From: Chrysiogenia bacterium
GTDB taxonomy: Bacteria; JAGRBM01
Assembly (NCBI GenBank): GCA_020434085.1
Contig: JAGRBM010000369.1
Location: forward strand, 1 to 42,818
Direction of reading: 5' to 3'
DNA: 42,818 bases
Under the pieces are notes generated by a model that saw nothing but the letters and a program-made list of their open reading frames with translations, did not search any database and was not told the DNA's origin. Both the position numbers and the translations under genes were made by a program. Shown here piece after piece: positions 8,944-16,038 of this stretch (positions are counted from its first letter, which is position 1; each line of letters opens with the position of its first letter).

Positions 8944-10160
8944 GCCGCAAACTTTCAAAAGGCTGGCGCCGCGTGCGGCTTGGTGAGGTCGTTCAAGAGC
9001 GCCCTGAGTTCATCACGGTTTGGGATGAACGTGTCTATAAACGGATCACACTTCGCCTTCGTAATCAGGGGATTGCGTTGAGGGATGAGGTGCATGGGCA
9101 CAAGTTGCGGACAAAAAAACAACGTGTCGTGCGCGCGGGTGATCTGGTAGTCGCCGAGATCGATGCCAAGATGGGTGGCTTCGGGATTGCGCCACCTGAG
9201 ACTGAAGGAGCCATCGTCAGCAGTCATTACTACCTATTTACTGTCGATCAAGCCAAGTGCGACCTGGGGTATCTGGACGCGTGCATCCGCAAGGGGATGT
9301 TGCACCGGCAGGTATTTGCCGTTGGATCGACCAACTATGCGGCGATTCGTTCCCGCGACGTACTCGATTATCGCATTCCGCTCCCTCCAATGTCTGATCA
9401 AAAGCGCATCGCCGACGCCCTGCGCGTGATGGACGATGCCATCCGCGCCAATGAGGAAGTCCTGGAATGCACCCGCGCGTTCAAGAAATCGCTGGCTCAC
9501 GAACTCCTGACCCGCGGCATTCCGGGCCGGCACACGCGGTTCAAGGACTCGCCGCTGGGGAAGATTCCGGCGGAGTGGGAGGTGAAGAGGTTGGGGGATG
9601 TGGCGGGTTTATCTTCTGGCGGAACGCCCGCCCGTGGTAATCCTTCTTATTGGGGCGGCAAAATTTTGTGGGTAAAGACCGGAGAGATAGATTTCAATAT
9701 CATTGAAGACACTGAAGAGAAGATTACGCAGACAGGGCTCGATAACTCTGCGGCAAAGATTGTTCCCCGAGGCGCTATTCTTATGGCGTTGTATGGACAA
9801 GGCAAAACGCGTGGCAAGGTGGCACGCTTAGGGAAACCCGCTGCTACAAATCAAGCATGCGCGGTTATTGAAGCACCCGAGGACCTTGATGCTGATTACC
9901 TGTATCACTACTTGGCGGCTAATTACTTGAGGTTCCGGGCATTGAGTAACGATGGAAGCCAGAAGAATCTCAGCCTCGTCTTAATTCGAGATTTCCCTGT
10001 CCCAATTCCCACCAAAGGCGAACAACAAGAAATCGCTTCTACCTTGGAAGCATGTGTAAACCAAACCCCAGCGCTCGAATGCACGCGGGAGAGTCTAGAC
10101 GCAACGAAAAGCCGGATGCGCGATGCCCTTCTGGCCGGGGCCCTGGGAGGTGCGGCATGA
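8940..10160 (+). CDS. hsdS: Type I restriction-modification specificity subunit S (two target-recognition domains)
   Basis: 406 aa from ATG 8940, with an ATGA overlap on the hsdM stop. There are two TRDs opening with GWRRVRLGEV and EWEVKRLGDV, each followed by a conserved spacer (PLPPMSDQKRIADAL; PIPTKGEQQEIASTL). The listed 5-prime extension 8076-8939 is an Arg-rich out-of-frame overlap with hsdM and is excluded. Confidence 0.9.
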   Translation: MSRKLSKGWRRVRLGEVVQERPEFITVWDERVYKRITLRLRNQGIALRDEVHGHKLRTKKQRVVRAGDLVVAEIDAKMGGFGIAPPETEGAIVSSHYYLFTVDQAKCDLGYLDACIRKGMLHRQVFAVGSTNYAAIRSRDVLDYRIPLPPMSDQKRIADALRVMDDAIRANEEVLECTRAFKKSLAHELLTRGIPGRHTRFKDSPLGKIPAEWEVKRLGDVAGLSSGGTPARGNPSYWGGKILWVKTGEIDFNIIEDTEEKITQTGLDNSAAKIVPRGAILMALYGQGKTRGKVARLGKPAATNQACAVIEAPEDLDADYLYHYLAANYLRFRALSNDGSQKNLSLVLIRDFPVPIPTKGEQQEIASTLEACVNQTPALECTRESLDATKSRMRDALLAGALGGAA

Positions 10161-10432
10161 GCGTGTCCGCGCAGAGGCGGCAGCGGCGGTCGATCCGGTT
10201 GCGCGGGTACGATTACACGCGGGCCGGCGCGTATTTCTTGACGATCTGCGCGCGCGGGCGTGAGTGCCTCTTTGGTGAGGTGGCGGAGGGCACGGTTCGG
10301 CTGAGCGATTCCGGACGCGCGGTGGAAGCCGCGTGGCACGGTCTGCCGGAGCATTACCCGCATGTGGACCTGGATGCGTTCGTTGTCATGCCCAACCATG
10401 TTCACGGGATCATTGTTTTGTCGGATCCCGAC

Positions 10433-10461
10433 GTAGGGGCGGGTTTAAAACCCGCCCCTAC
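10433..10461. repeat. REP-like palindrome copy 1 (GTAGGGGCGGGTTTAAAACCCGCCCCTAC)
   Basis: Perfect 14+1+14 inverted repeat inside the RAYT CDS, translated as VGAGLKPAPT. Confidence 0.85.
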
Positions 10462-10487
10462 CGAAAATGCCGTGGTGGAAATGGACC

Positions 10488-10512
10488 GGGCGGGTTTAAA
10501 ACCCGCCCCTAC
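10488..10512. repeat. REP-like palindrome copy 2 (GGGCGGGTTTAAAACCCGCCCCTAC)
   Basis: It lies 26 nt after copy 1 inside the RAYT CDS. The left arm is shorter. It is translated as RAGLKPAPT in the same frame. Confidence 0.8.
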
Positions 10513-10764
10513 GGGGACACATCACGGGTTGCCCGAAATCGTGCGGGCGTTCAAGACGTTCTCGGCCCGTCGGATCAACGCGCTGCGGGGCACGCCGGGC
10601 GTTCCGGTCTGGCAACGAAATTACTACGAACACATCGTTCGTGATGATGACGATCTGGCTCGGATTCGTGAATACATCGCAAACAATCCGATCGGGTGGG
10701 GAGGCGACCGGGAGAATCCGGCAAATGCCGGCCGGGTGGAGCGTTTTCCCGACGAGGATGCGCC

Positions 10765-13700
10765 ATGACCCTCCCCACCACCCTCACCCGCATCGACGCG
10801 CTGCTCGCCCGCTGGCGGGCGCGGGTTCCGCTTTCGGAGCGGGATCTCGCGCAGCTGCGCGCGCACTGGGAGGTGGTGCATACCTACAATTCCAACGCAA
10901 TCGAGGGGAACACGCTCACCCTGGGGGAGACGAAGGCGGTCCTGCTGGACGGGATCACGATCAGCGGCAAGCCCCTGCGGGAGATCCTCGAAGTCACGAA
11001 CCATCGCGAGGCCATGCGGCTTCTCTACCGCTTTTCCGAATCGAAGACGCCCGTGAGCGAGGCGGAGATTCTGGACCTGCACCGGCTTATCCTCACCGGC
11101 ATCCAGGCCGACGACGCCGGGCGCTATCGCCGCACCGGCGTTCGCGTGGCGGGATCGCAGCACGTCTTTCCCAATCCGGCGAAAGTGCCGGCGCTGATGG
11201 AGGAATTCGTTTCTGCCGTCGGTGCCTGGGACGACCACCCGGTGCTGGTGGCGGCCCGGGCGCATTTCAAACTCGTGGCGATCCACCCCTTCGCCGACGG
11301 CAACGGCCGCACAGCGCGGCTCCTCATGAATCTGCTGCTCATGCGCGGGGGTTGCCCGCCCGCCTATCTGAAAGTCGAACGCCGGGGGCTCTACTACGAT
11401 GCGCTGGAAGAAGGGCATACCAGGGGCACCGCCCGTTTCGAGGAATTCATCGCGAACGCGGTGCGCGAATCGCTGGAGGAAACCCTTGCGGCATTGGGCG
11501 AGGAACCGGCGGAGATCGTAGGGGCGGGTTTGAAACCCGCCCCTACGGGGGAGATTGCGGCGACGGGGCGGGGATACCGGCGCGGCGACTATGGGTTTGG
11601 GAAGAAGCTCTGGCCCGAAGAGAAGGAATCGGAACTCCCGGCGCTGGAGTTGCTCGAAAATCTGGGCTGGACCTTCGTGCCGGCCGCCGAACTCGACGGC
11701 GAGCGCGAGGGGGAGCGCGACCTCATCCTGAACGCGCGACTCGAACGCGCCCTGCGGCGCCTGAATCCCTGGCTTTCAGAGGAAAACGTGCGCAAGGCCG
11801 CACGCGCCGTGACGCATGTTCAGGCGACGGGGCTCATCGAGGCGAATGAGAAGATCCACCGCCACCTCGTCCACACGCTCTCGGTGGAGCAGGACACCGG
11901 CGACGGGCGAGGGCGCATCGGCCGGGACGTGCGCTTCATCGACTTTGCGCAGCCCGAAAGCAACGACTTCGTGGTGACGCGCCAGTTCGAGGTGATCGGC
12001 ACCCGCAAGTTGGTGCGCTTCGACCTCGTGTGCTTTGTGAACGGCCTGCCGCTCGCCGTGATCGAGTGCAAGGCTGCCGGTTTGGGCGAAAAATGGTTTG
12101 AGCAGGCGAGCACGCAGCTCGACCGCTACCAGGAGGCGGGCGATGCCTGGTACGGACAGGGTGTGCCGCGCGCGTTCGAGGCGGTGCAGGTACTGGCGGC
12201 CGTGGCGGGGCCAACGGGCGCGCGGCTCGGCACGGTGCTCACGCCCGGGCGCCACTTTGGCGAGTGGCGCGAGCCCTGGCCGCTCCCGCGCGATCAGATT
12301 GAAGACGATCTCGGCCGCAAGGCCACGCCCCAGGACATCCTGCTGGCGAGCGCCTTTACTCCCGCTGCGCTGCTGGACCTCGTCGCCAATTTCACCGTTT
12401 TCGAGCCCGAAGGCGGACGAGTCATCCGCAAGCTCGCGCGCTACCAGCAATTCATCGCTGTGAACAAGGCACTGGAGCGAATTCATGGCGCGCCAGAGCC
12501 GGAAAAGCGAGGCGGGATCGTCTGGCATACCCAAGGCTCGGGCAAGTCGCTCACGATGCTCTGGCTCGCGGTGAAGCTGCGCCGCATCGAGGCGCTGCAG
12601 AATCCTACGCTCGTTATCGTGACGGACCGGACCGATCTTGATGCGCAGATTCACGAGACCTTCGACCGGTGCGGCTTTCCCAATCCCGAAAGAGCCAAGA
12701 GCGTGAAGAATCTCCAGGAGCTTCTGCGCGGCGGATCGGGTCTCACTGTGATGACGACGATTCAAAAATTTCAGGATGTTTCAGGTGGGCGAGGGGAATC
12801 GCTCTCGGAGGAACCGAACATTTTCGTTCTGGTGGACGAGGCGCACCGCACCCAGTACAAGTCGCTTGCCGCCAACATGCGCAAGGCGCTTCCGAACGCC
12901 TGTTTTCTCGGCTTCACCGGCACGCCCATCGACAAGAACGACCGCTCCACGGCGCGGGTCTTCGGGCCCTACATCCATACCTATCCGATCCAGCAGGCCG
13001 TGGCGGATGGAGCCACCGTGCCGATCTACTACGAGAGCCGCCTGCCGGAACTCCGTGTGGAAGGGGAGACACTGGACGCGGTTTTCGAGCGGATCTTTCA
13101 GGATCGGAACGAAGACGAGCGCGCGGCGATCAAGAGCCGCTTCGCGACTTTGGAAGCTATTGCCGGCGCGCCCAAGCGCATCGAGCGCATCTGTCTCGAT
13201 CTGATCGAGCACTTCGAGAAGCACATTCATCCCAACGGTTTCAAGGCCCAGGTGGTGGCCTGCTCGCGCGACGCGGCGGTGACGTATCTGGAGGCGCTGG
13301 AGAAACTCGGCGCGCCTCAGGCTGCGATCATCATGTCGTCGTCCCACAACGACCCCGAGCGTCTGACGCGCCACAAGAAGACAAAGACCGAGCAGAAGGT
13401 GCTCATCGAGCGGTTCAAGAACCGTGACGATCCCCTCTCGATCCTCGTGGTCTGCGACATGCTGCTCACAGGCTTCGATGCGCCGGTGGAACAGGTGATG
13501 TACCTGGACGCGCCGCTGCGAGAGCACGGCCTGTTGCAGGCCATCGCCCGCGTGAACCGCCGCGCCGAGGGCAAAGACGGAGTTGAGAAAGATTACGGCC
13601 TTGTGGTCGATTACTGGGGCATTTCCCAGGAACTCCAGGATGCGCTGGCGATTTTCGATCCCAAGGACATTCAGGGAACGCTGACGGACATTCGCGACGA

Positions 13701-14631
13701 ACTCCCGCGGCTGCAACAACGCCATCGTCGCGTGATGCGCTACTTCGAGAAGGTTCCAAAAGACGATCTCGAATCCTGCATCCGCGCCCTCGAACCGGAG
13801 GATCGCCGTGCGGAATTCGAAGCGGAGTTCCGCAAATTCGTCCAGAGCCTCGACATGGTTCTGCCCGATCCCGAAGGACTCGCCTACAAGGCCGATCTCC
13901 ATTGGCTTGCGAAGCTGCGGGCCGCTGCCAGGGCGCGGTTCATCGATCCGCGCATGGATCTCACCGGTTGCGGTGCCAAAGTGAAAAAACTCATCGAGGA
14001 GTACCTTCGGGCGGAGGGGATTAGTCAGATCTTGGAACCAGTTGATATTTTCTCCAAGCGCTTTGACGAGGAAGTTGCCAAGCTCCGCTCGCCCGACGCC
14101 AAGGCCAGCAGGATGGAGCACGCGATCCGCCATGAAATCAACGTCCAAATTGAGCGGGATCCGATTTTCTACCAGAGGCTTTCCGACCGGCTGGAGGAGC
14201 TGATCCGCGAGCGGCGGGAAGGGCGCCTCAAGGCAGCTGAGGAATTGCGCCGCCTGGAGACGATACGCGAAAAAATGCGCGGGCGTGAAAAAGGAGAAGG
14301 GAAAGCCGGGCTTTCTCCCGACGCGGCGGCGTTCCTCGATCTTCTGAAAACCACTGAACGGGATGAGAGCGATGGCGGCGATGAGATCGCCGAAGAACCG
14401 GCTGCCTATGGAGCAGTGTCTGGGCCGGACGGTCAGGTGAAGCTGGTGAAGGAAATCCTCGGTTCCCTCGAACTGTTGGCCGTGATCGATTGGACGCAGA
14501 AGGAGGACGTGCAGCGCGAAATGCGCCGCCGGATCAAACGTCACCTGCGTGCCGCCGGGTATGACGGGATGCCGCTCGAAAACCTTACGACGAAGATGAT
14601 GGACCTGGCGCGGGTCCGCCTTGCACGCTGA
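10765..14631 (+). CDS. hsdR: Fic-domain protein fused in-frame to Type I restriction enzyme R subunit (HsdR)
   Basis: 1288 aa from ATG 10765.
- N-terminal ~245 aa form a Fic domain with the active-site motif HPFADGNGRTAR (11284-11319) and the inhibitory motif SNAIEG (10891-10908).
- From about 11623 it is a complete HsdR: N-terminal ELPALELLENLGW, nuclease motif FDLVCFVNGLPLAVIECK, and helicase motifs HTQGSGKSLTM, VLVDEAHRTQ and FLGFTGTP.
- There is no in-frame stop and no canonical in-frame start between the two parts. Confidence 0.85.
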   Translation: MTLPTTLTRIDALLARWRARVPLSERDLAQLRAHWEVVHTYNSNAIEGNTLTLGETKAVLLDGITISGKPLREILEVTNHREAMRLLYRFSESKTPVSEAEILDLHRLILTGIQADDAGRYRRTGVRVAGSQHVFPNPAKVPALMEEFVSAVGAWDDHPVLVAARAHFKLVAIHPFADGNGRTARLLMNLLLMRGGCPPAYLKVERRGLYYDALEEGHTRGTARFEEFIANAVRESLEETLAALGEEPAEIVGAGLKPAPTGEIAATGRGYRRGDYGFGKKLWPEEKESELPALELLENLGWTFVPAAELDGEREGERDLILNARLERALRRLNPWLSEENVRKAARAVTHVQATGLIEANEKIHRHLVHTLSVEQDTGDGRGRIGRDVRFIDFAQPESNDFVVTRQFEVIGTRKLVRFDLVCFVNGLPLAVIECKAAGLGEKWFEQASTQLDRYQEAGDAWYGQGVPRAFEAVQVLAAVAGPTGARLGTVLTPGRHFGEWREPWPLPRDQIEDDLGRKATPQDILLASAFTPAALLDLVANFTVFEPEGGRVIRKLARYQQFIAVNKALERIHGAPEPEKRGGIVWHTQGSGKSLTMLWLAVKLRRIEALQNPTLVIVTDRTDLDAQIHETFDRCGFPNPERAKSVKNLQELLRGGSGLTVMTTIQKFQDVSGGRGESLSEEPNIFVLVDEAHRTQYKSLAANMRKALPNACFLGFTGTPIDKNDRSTARVFGPYIHTYPIQQAVADGATVPIYYESRLPELRVEGETLDAVFERIFQDRNEDERAAIKSRFATLEAIAGAPKRIERICLDLIEHFEKHIHPNGFKAQVVACSRDAAVTYLEALEKLGAPQAAIIMSSSHNDPERLTRHKKTKTEQKVLIERFKNRDDPLSILVVCDMLLTGFDAPVEQVMYLDAPLREHGLLQAIARVNRRAEGKDGVEKDYGLVVDYWGISQELQDALAIFDPKDIQGTLTDIRDELPRLQQRHRRVMRYFEKVPKDDLESCIRALEPEDRRAEFEAEFRKFVQSLDMVLPDPEGLAYKADLHWLAKLRAAARARFIDPRMDLTGCGAKVKKLIEEYLRAEGISQILEPVDIFSKRFDEEVAKLRSPDAKASRMEHAIRHEINVQIERDPIFYQRLSDRLEELIRERREGRLKAAEELRRLETIREKMRGREKGEGKAGLSPDAAAFLDLLKTTERDESDGGDEIAEEPAAYGAVSGPDGQVKLVKEILGSLELLAVIDWTQKEDVQREMRRRIKRHLRAAGYDGMPLENLTTKMMDLARVRLAR
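11518..11546. repeat. REP-like palindrome copy 3 (GTAGGGGCGGGTTTGAAACCCGCCCCTAC)
   Basis: The same element with one loop substitution. It sits in the linker between the Fic and HsdR parts of ORF 10765-14631 and is again translated as VGAGLKPAPT. Confidence 0.85.
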
Positions 14632-15368
14632 TGGCCACCGCATCCAGAGCTATCGAGTTTGGCAATACCCGGATTTACTATCGGCTTCGCCGAGGAAAAC
14701 GGCAGAAGACGGTTGGCATTGCGATCGATCCGGTACAAGGGGTTCTCGTTCGAGCACCTCACGGTCTTCCCGTGGTCGAAGTGGACCGGATCGTTCGCCG
14801 CAAAGCCCGGTGGATTGTTTCCAGAATGGATCGTAGCGCCGGCGTTCCAGTGGCCCAGGCGGCTAGGGAATTTGTCAGCGGGGAGTCCTTTTCTTACTTG
14901 GGACGAAATTATCGCCTCAAGGTTATTCGCAGTCGGCGTTCGGAAACTTCTGTGAAGCTCGTCGGCGGTCGCTTTTTGGTCGAGGTTGGAAAGGGAATTC
15001 CCAAGCGCAGGCAAGCGGAAGAAATCCGCGGCGCCTTGGTGGATTGGTATCGCGCGCACGCCTTGGACAAACTCCGAAGCCGCGTGCACCTTCTGGCCCC
15101 AAAGCTTGGACTGGAACCGCCCGAGGTTCTGATCCGGGACCAGCGCAGGCGCTGGGCGAGCTGTGATTCGAGAGGGTGCCTCCGTTTTAACTGGCGCATC
15201 GCGATGGCGCCCCTGTCCCTCGTGGATTACGTTGTGGCTCACGAACTCTGCCACCTTGTCTACCACGACCACTCGGTACGTTTCTGGCGCGCCCTGCGCC
15301 AGCTCCTTCCGGATTTCGAGACCCGCAAGGAACGACTCGCCCTGGAGGGGCCGAGATTCATACTCTGA
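14631..15368 (+). CDS. DUF45 / YgjP-like zinc metallopeptidase (M48-type HEXXH)
   Basis: 245 aa. The ATG shares one nucleotide with the hsdR stop (TGATG). The HELCH motif lies at 15240-15254, in the typical C-terminal context WASCDSRGCLRFNWRIAMAPLSLVDYVVAHELCHLVYHDHSVRFW. As I recall, this family is a frequent neighbour of hsdR. Confidence 0.85.
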   Translation: MATASRAIEFGNTRIYYRLRRGKRQKTVGIAIDPVQGVLVRAPHGLPVVEVDRIVRRKARWIVSRMDRSAGVPVAQAAREFVSGESFSYLGRNYRLKVIRSRRSETSVKLVGGRFLVEVGKGIPKRRQAEEIRGALVDWYRAHALDKLRSRVHLLAPKLGLEPPEVLIRDQRRRWASCDSRGCLRFNWRIAMAPLSLVDYVVAHELCHLVYHDHSVRFWRALRQLLPDFETRKERLALEGPRFIL

Positions 15369-15963
15369 CCCGCCAGGTCACCTTGGGCGAAAGGGACGTC
15401 TCCTTCCAGGAGGGCATGAGAGAGGGGGGGGACGAGTCTGCGCGGAAGTGGGCAACATCCCAGCAACTGGATAGTGGGCACTTCCGGGGGCACCTAAGAA
15501 TCAGTATTGAGCTACTCCGGTCACAGATGAGTCAACACAGGCCTGTCATTGGACTTGTTGATTCATACCCCAACGCCCCATATCCGCACACATCCGTTTT
15601 TCGGGCATGCAGACTAGAACCGAAACCTGACGTTCTATGTAGTCGTAATTGCCGATCTCGGCATTTTCGGAGTCGCAATGGCACCGAAGGCGTTCTCGAA
15701 GTCTACAAGGATCTGGTCTTCACTGATGGGTGTGACTTGGCTCACGCTGCTGATGGCTCTCGCAACCTTGCCTCGCGTTCGGGCTGCCCACACTTAGTTT
15801 CGAATGGAGATTGAATGGCAGCAGGTTGAGTGCTACTAACCCCGCGTTCTGCCACAGTGTACGTGGGTTGTGGCGGGCAGGTGGCGCAGGTCAGGGGCGA
15901 GCGAACTGACCGGCGTCTTCTCTTTGACTCCCAAACCGGTGAAGGCGGGGCGGGGGATGGGCC

Positions 15964-16038
15964 ATGCGCTCACGTCTTGTTGCCGGATTTGCATCATTTG
16001 TAGTTGTTCTTCTCATCACTGCCGCCAACGCGACAGCG
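15964..16038 (+). other. Sec signal peptide of the giant protein
   Basis: MRSR n-region, hydrophobic core LVAGFASFVVVLLI, and A-T-A cleavage motif before QTPS. Confidence 0.75.

Larger units (their letters stand above)
10157..10768 (+). mobile_element. REP-associated tyrosine transposase (RAYT; IS200/IS605-like Y1 HUH transposase)
   Basis: 203 aa from ATG 10157, with an ATGA overlap on the hsdS stop. It has the HUH motif (VVMPNHVHGIIV) and the catalytic-Tyr block (VWQRNYYEHIVRDDDDLARIREYIANNP). Two REP palindromes lie in-frame between the HUH and Tyr motifs. The stop overlaps the next gene's start (ATGA at 10765-10768). Confidence 0.85.

Noticed and set aside
7018-8958. Minus-strand ORFs 7018-7983 (321 aa) and 7999-8958 (319 aa)
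   Set aside because: They are antisense to the well-supported hsdS-half and hsdM genes. Composition is typical of shadow ORFs (R/A/G/L/V-rich) and there are no motifs.
11591-11593. ATG that might have served as an independent hsdR start
   Set aside because: It is in the +1 frame relative to HsdR and reads into a short Arg-rich ORF. It cannot produce HsdR.
10641-14643. ORFs 10641-11849 (+, 402 aa), 10624-11418 (-), 11776-12765 (-) and 12781-14643 (-, 620 aa)
   Set aside because: They are out-of-frame or antisense shadows of the RAYT and Fic-HsdR genes. They are very Arg/Gly/Pro-rich and carry no family motifs.
15383-15814. 143-aa plus-strand ORF in the leader region
   Set aside because: It has no convincing ribosome-binding site, odd composition and no motifs. 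It overlaps two other small candidate ORFs, so I treat the region as non-coding or regulatory and only flag the small SD-preceded ORF as a weak candidate.
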